Assembly: GCA_031429155.1 (NCBI GenBank)
Contig: JANOZA010000625.1
Span: forward strand, 1 to 46,492
Source of the DNA: Verrucomicrobiota bacterium
Lineage (GTDB): Bacteria > Verrucomicrobiota > Verrucomicrobiia > Verrucomicrobiales > V1-33
Reading direction: 5' to 3'
DNA length: 46,492 nt
Both the position numbers and the translations under genes were made by a program. This document shows positions 17,202 through 24,740 of the stretch, one piece after another. Within the stretch, counting starts at the first letter, position 1. Every line of letters starts with the position of its first letter. A model generated the notes under the pieces. That model had not been told where the DNA came from, ran no database searches, and saw only the letters and a program-made list of their open reading frames with translations.

Positions 17202-19412
17202 TCAGTGCTGGAACAAAAACTCCCGGCTCGTGAGCAGGCTCCAGTATAAATCCTCCACGGCCTGCCGTTTCTCCTCCGGCTTGGTGGCGGCGAGCAGTTC
17301 CTCGAACTTCTTCCGCTGCTCGTCGCTGGCCGGGCGGCTCAGGCAAAGGCGGTAGGCCTCGTCTATGATCTCTGCTGGCGGCGGCTCAGCGGCGAGGACT
17401 TGCGTGACCCGTCCCGCTTTGGCCGAGAGTTTGTCATTCACGGTCGCGCCGTTGGAGAGGTGCAGCGCCTGCACGAGGCTTGGCTGGTTGGACCGTTCGC
17501 ACTCACAGGTGATCTCGCGGGCGTTGCGGCCGAATGTCTTGAGGAAGTAATTCTTCACCGCCGAGTCTTTGAGTTGCAGCGCGCGGGTCTCCGGCGCGTA
17601 GGCCGTCTTTTCGGTGGAGCCATCGTTGAGCGCGATTTCCGTGAATGACTCGCGCACGCCGGTCACGTCGGCGAGGGCATCGCTGAGCACTTCCGCACTG
17701 AGCCGTCGCGGGTAGTAGCGAGAGTAGAAGCGCCGGTCGTCTTTGTTCTCCGGCAGCGGTTCACTGCTGCGCCGATAAGTTTGCGAGGTCAGGATCAGGC
17801 GCATGAGTGACTTCAAATCATAGCGCTGCTTCACCAGGTAATCCGCCAGGGCGGCGAGGAGCTTTTCGTTGCTGGCTGGATTGGAAACCCGCAGATCATC
17901 CACGCTTTCGACGATGCCCGTGCTCATGAAATTTCCCCACACGCGATTGGCCACCGCGCGGGTGAAGTAAGGATTTTCCGGCGCGGTGAGCCATGCGGCC
18001 AGCGCCTCACGGCGGTCACGCTGATCGTCTATTGCCAGCGCCGGCGCATCCAGCGGCGCGGGCGGCTGCGGCTGGCCGGTGCGCGGCTGGATCAGTTCGC
18101 CGCGCTGCTCCACGTAGAGCGTGCGCACGCCGTCGCCGCTGCGCGGATCGCCGCCCCAGCCTTTGGCGCGCACGCGGCTGAAGAGATTGGCGAAGGCGTA
18201 GTATTGATCGTTCGTCCACTTCTCCAGCGGGTGATTGTGGCATTTCGCACAGCCGATGCTCAGTGAGAGAAACGCCTGGCTCACATTCTCCGCCATCGTC
18301 TCCGGATCCTGGTGCACCGCGAAAAAATTCGTCGCGCCGTTCTCCGTGGACGAGCCGCGCGCGGTCACGACCTCGCGCACCAGTTGATCCCACGGCAGAT
18401 TCGTCGCCACGCGGTCACGCAGCCAGTCGTAATAAGCCGAGACCGCCACGGGCCGCAGCTTGGAGCCGGTGACCAGCAGCACATCGCCCCACTTATAAGT
18501 CCAGAAGTCCACAAATTCCGGCCGCGCCAGCAGCAGGTCCGCCAGCCGTTCGTGTTTCTGCGGAGATTTGTCATCCACAAACGCCCGCACTTCCTCGGGT
18601 GTCGGCAGCCGGCCTATCGTATCCAGAAATGCCCGCCGCACGAACGTCGCATCGCCCGCCGCCGGTGACGGTTTGAGATGCAGCTTCTTCAACTGCTCCA
18701 ACACCAGTTCATCTACGAACCCCGCCCGTGGCGCTGCGGCATAGACTTCGTCCGGCACCTGATGCGGGAACGGTGACACGATCCGCGCGATTACGATCTG
18801 TGATGAAAACCACGCTGTCACCGCGCCTTCGCCATTTCCGATAACACTGACCTTTCCGCCGGCATCCACTGTCGCCACCGTCTCATCTGCTGACGTGAAC
18901 TTTACCCATCGGGTCACGTCGCGTTCCGCGCCGTTGGAAAATCTGGCCTTCACGGTGATCTGCTGCGACGCCCCCGGCTGCAACGCGCTCTCCGCAGGCG
19001 AAACCGTCAGCGCCGCAAGAGTGGCATCCTCCGCCCGCGGCGGCGGACAACCCGCCGTGATCCACTCCGCGATGATCTTGTAATCCTCCGAGCCAACCTC
19101 CAGCCGCTTCCCTCCCTTGTGCCGCAGCGCTGCCGTCGGCTTCAGCAGAATGAGACTGCTCCCCGGGTCCGAAAGCTCCACCCGCCGCCCGCGCGACTCT
19201 CGCGTGATGGTGAGCCAGTCCGCGTCAGGATTGTAGCCGAACAGCGAAAGCCGGAAGCCGCCCTTCCCCGCCAGCGCTCCGTGACAGCCGCCGGTGTTGC
19301 AGCCGGCCTTGCTGAGAATGGGCAGCACGTCATTGCGGAACGAGGGTTCGGCATGGGCGGATTCCACGCTGAAAGCCGAGAGGAAAATGAAGAGGATGCA
19401 GTGCCGGTTCAT
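17202..19412 (-). CDS. PSCyt2/DUF1549 - Big_2 - DUF1553 (PSD1) family protein
   Basis: The ATG at 19412 opens a signal peptide. The DUF1549 block is FRNDVLPILSKAGCNTGGCHG, the heme-like motif is CAKCHNHPLEKWTNDQYYAFANLF, and the C-terminal DUF1553-type tail is DLYWSLLTSREFLFQH. Confidence 0.9.
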   Translation of the reverse strand: MNRHCILFIFLSAFSVESAHAEPSFRNDVLPILSKAGCNTGGCHGALAGKGGFRLSLFGYNPDADWLTITRESRGRRVELSDPGSSLILLKPTAALRHKGGKRLEVGSEDYKIIAEWITAGCPPPRAEDATLAALTVSPAESALQPGASQQITVKARFSNGAERDVTRWVKFTSADETVATVDAGGKVSVIGNGEGAVTAWFSSQIVIARIVSPFPHQVPDEVYAAAPRAGFVDELVLEQLKKLHLKPSPAAGDATFVRRAFLDTIGRLPTPEEVRAFVDDKSPQKHERLADLLLARPEFVDFWTYKWGDVLLVTGSKLRPVAVSAYYDWLRDRVATNLPWDQLVREVVTARGSSTENGATNFFAVHQDPETMAENVSQAFLSLSIGCAKCHNHPLEKWTNDQYYAFANLFSRVRAKGWGGDPRSGDGVRTLYVEQRGELIQPRTGQPQPPAPLDAPALAIDDQRDRREALAAWLTAPENPYFTRAVANRVWGNFMSTGIVESVDDLRVSNPASNEKLLAALADYLVKQRYDLKSLMRLILTSQTYRRSSEPLPENKDDRRFYSRYYPRRLSAEVLSDALADVTGVRESFTEIALNDGSTEKTAYAPETRALQLKDSAVKNYFLKTFGRNAREITCECERSNQPSLVQALHLSNGATVNDKLSAKAGRVTQVLAAEPPPAEIIDEAYRLCLSRPASDEQRKKFEELLAATKPEEKRQAVEDLYWSLLTSREFLFQH

Positions 19413-19434
19413 GGAATCAGGAAAATCGGTATAA

Positions 19435-20262
19435 CTATTTTGCAGAAAGCGCAGAGCGCGGCGGCACCCATGCCCGCACGCCGCTCACAAACATCGTGTA
19501 GGGTTTTTTCTTCCCGTGGGTCTGCGCGCTGATGATCAGGTAAAAATGCTGCCGTGGCGCCACCGGCGGGACGAATGGCGCGCCGGCGCTCATCTGCCGC
19601 ACGCCGTCCAGCCACCATGTCACGGTTTGTTTCGCCGGGTCGTAGCTGCTGCCAAAGGTGTGCTTCTTCGTGCGGTCGAGGGCGGCGGGGGAGACGTTGT
19701 TCGGATTCTGAATCTGTTTTGTTTTCGGCCAGATACCCTCATGGCTGTGGACCGTCCCCGTCATGCCAGGACCGAAGCCGCCTTCATCAACGTCCAGTTC
19801 CATCCATCGCTGATAGCCCGGAGGATCGCCGGCATATTGATCGCGCATTTTAGTGTCATGCTCCGCCGGCATCAGCCAGACTGCCGGAAAGTGATCCGGG
19901 TCGTTGTCGGAGAGCCGCACATCGAACTCGACGTAGAAACCATCGGCACCCGCGAGCAGCGGGAGCTTGCCCGCAGAAAAGTCACGGGGAGCGCTCACGA
20001 GTTCGCCGTTCAGCGTCAGTGCGAGTTCGCCATTCTGCGTCGAGAAATGTTTGAGCGGCCGTGGCTGGTCCCACCACTGGCCGCTGAACCACTTGAAGTT
20101 TCCATTTACGCCCGGCGCGATATCGGCGGCGACGGGGCGCTCGTTGATCACACGTTTCGAGAAACCAAGAGCGGCGGCTCCGGGGGGAAGGGCGTCGGCC
20201 GCGGACAGGGGCTCCATGAGTCCCAAAACAGCGGGCACGATGCGAAGTATTGATGATCTCAT
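19435..20262 (-). CDS. Secreted ConA-like / glycoside hydrolase family 16-like protein
   Basis: The ATG at 20262 opens MRSSILRIVPAVLGLMEPLSA (signal). The blocks FPAVWLMPAEHD and WMELDVDEGGFG resemble the GH16 E-[LIV]-D-[LIVF]-x-E catalytic strand (partial match only). The gene is packed between the DUF1501 and PSD1 genes with gaps of 29 and 22 nt. Confidence 0.6.
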   Translation of the reverse strand: MRSSILRIVPAVLGLMEPLSAADALPPGAAALGFSKRVINERPVAADIAPGVNGNFKWFSGQWWDQPRPLKHFSTQNGELALTLNGELVSAPRDFSAGKLPLLAGADGFYVEFDVRLSDNDPDHFPAVWLMPAEHDTKMRDQYAGDPPGYQRWMELDVDEGGFGPGMTGTVHSHEGIWPKTKQIQNPNNVSPAALDRTKKHTFGSSYDPAKQTVTWWLDGVRQMSAGAPFVPPVAPRQHFYLIISAQTHGKKKPYTMFVSGVRAWVPPRSALSAK

Positions 20263-20291
20263 GGGGGGGATCGCGGGAGCAGGGCCGTTAC

Positions 20292-21683
20292 TCACACAAA
20301 CAATTCCCGGATCGGCTCTGTGCCCAGGTCCGTCAGCGAAAAAGGCCGACCGCCCGGTCCCGGCAGGTGGCCGGTGTGGTCCAGTCCGAGGCTGTGGAAT
20401 ATCGTCGCCACGATGTCGCCGGGGGCGACGGGACGTTCCGCAGGGAAGCCGCCCACGGGATCGCTCGCACCGACAACGCGCCCGCCTTTCACGCCGCCGC
20501 CGGCGAAGTAGGCGGTGAAGCAATTCGGCCAGTGGTCGCGTCCGCCGGCGGGATTCACCTTTGGCGTGCGGCCGAACTCGGCGAGGTTGGCCACGAGGGT
20601 GTCGCCGAGCAGGCCGCGCTGATTGAGGTCTTCGATGAGCGCGCTGTAGGCCTGGTCATACATCGGACAGACGATGTCCTTCATGCCCTCGATGCTTGTG
20701 AACGGCTTGCTGCCGTGAATGTCCCACGTGATTTCATCGAAGACGGTGAGGAAAGTGTTGATGGTCACAAAGCGCACGCCGTTCTCCACCAGACGCCGTG
20801 CGAGCAGACAGCACTGGCCAAAGCGGTTCATGCCGTAGCGGTCGCGCACGGCCTGCGGTTCTTTGCTCAAATCAAACGCCGAGCGCGCCTGCTCGCTGGT
20901 CATCATGCGGAAGGCCGCCTGGAAATTCTCGTCCATGAGGCGTGCGTCTTCGCTGGCTTCGAATTCCTTCACCGCACTCTCCACCACGTCGCGCATCTTG
21001 CGGCGGCGGTCCAAACGCGATGCGCCGATCTGGTCCGGCGGCAGCAGGTCGGGCACTTTGAAATCCTTCTGCGAAGGGTCGGCCATGAGCGCGAAGGGAT
21101 CGTGGGCCTTGCCGAGGAAGCCGCCGGCCTGACCGTTCGGCATATTGCCCCCGCCGCGGCCCATGAGTTGCGGGAGCACCACGAACGGCGGCAAATCCGT
21201 GCGCCGTCCGAGCAGATAGCTCGCCACCGCGCCCGCGTGCGGCGTGAAGATGCCGCCCGTAAATCGCCGGCCCGTCTGCATCATCTGCCAGCCGGCATCA
21301 TGCACCGCCGCGCCGTCATGATGGCAGGAGCGCACCAGCGAAAACTTGTCCGCGATCTTCGCGTGCAGCGGCAACAGTTCCGAAATCTCGAACGCATCCG
21401 ACTTCGTGCGGATCGGCATGAACGGCCCGCGGATTTCGCGCGGCGCATCGGGCTTCATGTCCCAGAGGTCAATGTGACTCGGCGCGCCCAGATTGAAGAT
21501 CATGATGCACGACCGCTTCTCGCAGCCGGCCCGCACTTTGCCCTCGGCGGCAGCGCGCACATACTGCGGCAGCGAAAGCCCGAGCGCCGAGAGCGCCCCG
21601 ATTTGCAGAAACTCGCGACGCGAACGTCCCGGGCCGCAGAGCCGGGCGTGGTCGTGAGGGGATTCAGCAAGAAAGTCGAACAT
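20292..21683 (-). CDS. DUF1501 (sulfatase-fold) protein with a Tat-type signal
   Basis: The N-terminus MFDFLAESPHDHARLCGPGRSRREFLQIGALSALGLSLPQY is a twin-arginine-like leader. IMIFNLGAPSHIDLWDMKPDAP and GGRDHWPNCFTAYFAGGGVKGG are typical DUF1501 blocks. Confidence 0.9.
   Translation of the reverse strand: MFDFLAESPHDHARLCGPGRSRREFLQIGALSALGLSLPQYVRAAAEGKVRAGCEKRSCIMIFNLGAPSHIDLWDMKPDAPREIRGPFMPIRTKSDAFEISELLPLHAKIADKFSLVRSCHHDGAAVHDAGWQMMQTGRRFTGGIFTPHAGAVASYLLGRRTDLPPFVVLPQLMGRGGGNMPNGQAGGFLGKAHDPFALMADPSQKDFKVPDLLPPDQIGASRLDRRRKMRDVVESAVKEFEASEDARLMDENFQAAFRMMTSEQARSAFDLSKEPQAVRDRYGMNRFGQCCLLARRLVENGVRFVTINTFLTVFDEITWDIHGSKPFTSIEGMKDIVCPMYDQAYSALIEDLNQRGLLGDTLVANLAEFGRTPKVNPAGGRDHWPNCFTAYFAGGGVKGGRVVGASDPVGGFPAERPVAPGDIVATIFHSLGLDHTGHLPGPGGRPFSLTDLGTEPIRELFV
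21316..21683. repeat. Direct repeat A1: the first 368 nt of the intact DUF1501 CDS, copied at 24307..24674
   Basis: My manual alignment at a constant offset of 2991 nt shows no indels and about 21 substitutions. Homology stops exactly at the start codon on one side and at the HHDG codons on the other. Confidence 0.9.
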
Positions 21684-21765
21684 GGCGGGAACTCATACGC
21701 CGGACGGCGGACGATTTCACCTCATTGTTGATCGTAACTTGTGGAAGCGAACGGCCAGACTGGCG

Positions 21766-22002
21766 TTACGGGGCCGTTTCCACCGTCACCTTGTAGAAAC
21801 AGCGCCGGCGCTGGCCGGAGTCGGTGCGTTCATCGTAGAGGGCGCCGGGGCCGGGGACTTCGTAGGTGTATTCGGAGAGGCGGTCCCAGGTGACGAGATC
21901 GGTGCTGCTTTCGAACACGTAGATCACGCCGGGGCGGACGGGATGGAGGCGCAGCACGCCGCCGGTCGGCTCAGGGCAGATCAAGAAGATCAAGAAGATC
22001 AA
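21766..22002 (-). pseudogene. Orphan C-terminal fragment of a secreted protein (tail domain only)
   Basis: The fragment reads ...GGVLRLHPVRPGVIYVFESSTDLVTWDRLSEYTYEVPGPGALYDERTDSGQRRRCFYKVTVETAP. It matches the RFYRV...S.DL..W tail seen at the ends of 2270..5503 and 5862..9044. In this frame a TGA lies only about 16 codons upstream, and there is no signal peptide or body. Confidence 0.45.
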
Positions 22003-22005
22003 GAG
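21979..22005. repeat. 9-bp tandem repeat x3 (gatcaagaa gatcaagaa gatcaagag)
   Basis: Read directly from the sequence. It gives LIFLIFLI or LDLLDLLDL in the two open minus-strand frames. Confidence 0.85.
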
Positions 22006-22121
22006 GCCCGGGCACTTGTTGCGAGTCGCAGCCGCCGCCGGCTTCGTGGCAGATCAAGTGGCCTTTGTCGCACCTGCGGCTGAATACTTCCTCCGTGCGG
22101 CCATACAGGTTGCTCATCGCA

Positions 22122-22449
22122 AATCCCCGGCTGCCGGGGCGCTTCGCCACCGGGCGGGTGGTGAGGCCATAGGCCCCGGCGATGCGCGATTCCCTGAGCA
22201 GGCAGGTGTGGGTCTCGATCTGTTCCGGCGGGGCAAGTTCAGAGGCGAATGGTTTCTGCGGGGTGAAGTTGCCCGGTGCCCGGTGGAATTGCGCGGGAAC
22301 GTGCGCGCCCGACAGCGGAGGCCTGCGCATACCGATCAAACAACGGAGAGCACGCCGCACATGCCGCTCAATGCCAGCGACTTCCTTAATTATTGGACTT
22401 CCTCAATTATTGATGTGGCCAGTTGCTTCTCGGTGGCCAGTTGCTTCTC
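22122..22449. repeat. Direct repeat R1 (~330 bp), a copy of R2 at 23706..24039
   Basis: It aligns with R2 at offset 1584, with about a dozen substitutions over the first ~260 nt. Its high-coordinate end carries two 18-bp motifs, each duplicated separately in the order A,A,B,B. Motif A is acttcct(t/c)aattattg(g/a) at 22380-22413. Motif B is (t/g)gtggccagttgcttctc at 22414-22449. Confidence 0.85.
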
Positions 22450-22562
22450 CGGTAGATGCGAAGGTGTGGGAGCGGCGAGATTTTACTTGCTTGCCTGCCG
22501 GGGGGCTGGCACCTTGCGCCAGTCGGAAGGTGAAATTCGGCTTCATGCCGTGTGATGCGGGG

Positions 22563-23423
22563 TTACGACTCCGCATCCTCTACCTTCCGACTTTTCATTT
22601 TCTCCAGGTCCAGCGGCGGGCGTTTGTGGGTGTGGTAGGTGCCGTAGGGCTTTTCCGATGTGTCATCGGCGTCCACGAGGAGCGCCACTTTTGGCCAGAT
22701 GAGGCTGAGATAGCGGTCTTCATTTCTCGAAAAGAGCCGCTGCACCGCCCACAGGCAATAGTCGGCCATCTGAAGACCGGCACTGGCTTTGGACGGCATG
22801 GCGCAGACCTCGACCATGGCGTCAGGATACGTTCCGGCTGCTTTGCGGGAATGCGCCTGAGCATGGAGCAGGTGCTCGCGGAGGGAGCGGGTTCTCGCCT
22901 TCCCGCGGCTGGCGAAGATGACTTTGTAGGCCGGCTGAGTGTGCAGCTTTTTGTCAAAGAGCCTCCGCACCGCGCTGTCATACAGTTCACTCGGCGCATA
23001 GCGGTAGGTCGGGTCGCGGTGATTGCGCGCTGCCACCCGGCGATGCACCGCAGACATGGTGCGAATGATTCCGTAAAAATTGAACTCGTGGCGCAGCAGC
23101 AGCTTGAACACCTCCCGCCGCACTTCGGGAACATCATCCTTCGCATGGAAAAACACCGCCGTCTTCTGATCCTCCGCCTGCATGGAGGGCACTCCTTTGA
23201 AGTAGGGATCCGCCAGCAGATCGGCACGCAGCTTCGTCAGATCCCGCTCCAGTCCCGGCAAGTCGCCACACTCGACCATCCCGAGAATGAAATGATCCTG
23301 CACCTGCCCCGTGCCAATGAGCACGCGGCCTTTGGAATCGAAAATCACGCCATCTCCGCTCTCATCCACAAAGTAGTGATGCGGCAGGAGTTCAGTCCGG
23401 GGAATGGTGATGGGGTCCATCAT
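22563..23423 (-). CDS. DUF3800 family protein
   Basis: The N-terminal HYFVDESGDG block (family-typical DESG) and the C-terminal AGLQMADYCLWAVQR block (family-typical LQ.AD) are present. I chose the ATG at 23423 (MMDPITIPRTELLPHHYFVDESG). The tracked ORF begins 17 codons upstream. Confidence 0.7.
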   Translation of the reverse strand: MMDPITIPRTELLPHHYFVDESGDGVIFDSKGRVLIGTGQVQDHFILGMVECGDLPGLERDLTKLRADLLADPYFKGVPSMQAEDQKTAVFFHAKDDVPEVRREVFKLLLRHEFNFYGIIRTMSAVHRRVAARNHRDPTYRYAPSELYDSAVRRLFDKKLHTQPAYKVIFASRGKARTRSLREHLLHAQAHSRKAAGTYPDAMVEVCAMPSKASAGLQMADYCLWAVQRLFSRNEDRYLSLIWPKVALLVDADDTSEKPYGTYHTHKRPPLDLEKMKSRKVEDAES

Positions 23424-23705
23424 GCAGTCTGCGCTCAGGATTGAGTGAGTCGCAGCAATGCTGCCGCCTCGCATTCTTCGATGGCGATTTCTACCGCGCG
23501 TTTGGCTTTTTCCAGCATGACATGGGCTTCATGGCGGGCAGTGTGGGCGGCGCGAATGATTTGGGTGATGGCGGCGGCGGTTTTGGTGTCGATGGCGGGG
23601 GACGGGGAGTTTGACGAGGTCGCGCTCGGAGATGGCGGGGTAGGGGCTGGCGCTGGTGTGAAACCAAGCGGGCTACGCAAGTTCCCAGGCAACTTCTCCA
23701 AACTG

Positions 23706-24039
23706 AATCCCCGGCTGCCGGGGCGCTTCGCCACCGGACGGGTGGTGAGGCCATAGGCCCTGGCGATGCGCGATTCCTTGAGCAGGCAGGTGTGGGTCTC
23801 GATCTGTTCCGGCGGGGCAAGTTCAGAGGCGGATGGTTTCTGCGGGGTGAAGTTGCCCGGTGCCCGGTGAAGTGGCGCGGGAACGTGCGCGCCCGACAGC
23901 GGAGGCCTGCGCGTACCGATCAAACTCCGGAGAGCACGCCGCACATGCCTCTCAATGCCAACGACTTCCTCAATTATTGGTGTGGCCAGTTGTTTCAGAG
24001 CCTCCTCAATTATTGGTGTGGCCAGTTGTTTCAGAGCCG
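23706..24039. repeat. Direct repeat R2, containing a perfect-frame 36-bp tandem duplication
   Basis: This is a copy of R1. The unit cctcaattattggtgtggccagttgtttcagagcc(t/g) occurs twice in tandem at 23968-24003 and 24004-24039. The same two motifs as in R1 are therefore arranged A,B,A,B. Confidence 0.85.
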
Positions 24040-24674
24040 GGAAACAAACCCGGGAGTATGTCATGAAGCGTTGAGCGCGGAACGCCGGCGGCGACGGTCT
24101 TGGAAGTGAGCAGACCAGTGCTGGCATCGCAGGCCCAGGTGGTGAGCGACGCATTGGCGGCGGTGCCGTTGAGGGCATCAGCTCCGGTGGTGTCGCGGTA
24201 GGTTTTCATTTCGGTCATCCAGCCGTTGGTGGCATCGTAAGTGTAGCGGACGGGGTAGTCGGCACTGCCGGTCTGCTCCGCCACCCGCCCGTGCAGATCA
24301 GACCCATCGTGATGGCAGGAGCGCACCAGTGAAAACTTGTCCGCGATCTTCGCATGCAGCGGCAGCAGCTCGGAAATCTCGAACGCATCCGACTTGGTGC
24401 GGATCGGCATGAACGGCCCGCGGATCTCGCGCGGCGCGTCCGGCTTCATGTCCCAGAGGTCAATGTGACTCGGCGCGCCCAGATTGAAGATCATGATGCA
24501 CGACCGTTTCTCGCAGCCGGCCCTTACCTTGCCCTCGGCGGCAGCGCGCACATACTGCGGTAGCGAAAGCCCGAGCGCCGAGAGCGCCCCGATTTGAAGG
24601 AACTCGCGACGCGAACGTCCCGGGCCGCAGAGCCGGGCGTGGTCGTTTTTGGATTCAGCGAGAAAGTCGAACAT
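24006..24674 (-). pseudogene. Chimeric remnant: the first 123 codons of a DUF1501 gene fused to a YD/RHS-repeat fragment
   Basis: Residues 1-123 are identical to the intact DUF1501 protein except SPH->SKN. After HHDG the sequence switches to SDLHGRVAEQTGSADYPVRYTYDATNGWMTEMKTYRD...LTTWACDASTGLLTSKT, which are YD-repeat units (YxYDxxG). It then runs into repeat R2 and stops. Confidence 0.75.
24307..24674. repeat. Direct repeat A2, a copy of 21316..21683
   Basis: See A1 (21316..21683). The flanks outside the repeat are unrelated on both sides. Confidence 0.9.
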
Positions 24675-24740
24675 AGTGCCCCCTTTCTACGCCGCCCGCG
24701 CCGTTTGGTATCTCCTTTTCCGTGGGCACGCGGCGCGGCG

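Noticed and set aside
21971-22117. A 48-aa Cys-containing ORF (MSNLYGRTEEVFSRRCDKGHLICHEAGGGCDSQQ...) considered as a possible RiPP precursor or small toxin
   Set aside because: No maturation enzyme genes are nearby. Its C-terminus is just the translation of the 9-bp repeat. It starts at the R1 repeat boundary, so it more likely results from the junction by chance.
23435-24178. A 247-aa tracked ORF across repeat R2 (or its 209-aa ATG-24064 version)
   Set aside because: Its N-terminal part overlaps the YD fragment in another frame. The R1 twin is interrupted and R1/R2 differences look neutral. I kept it only as a hypothesis in the DUF3800 finding.
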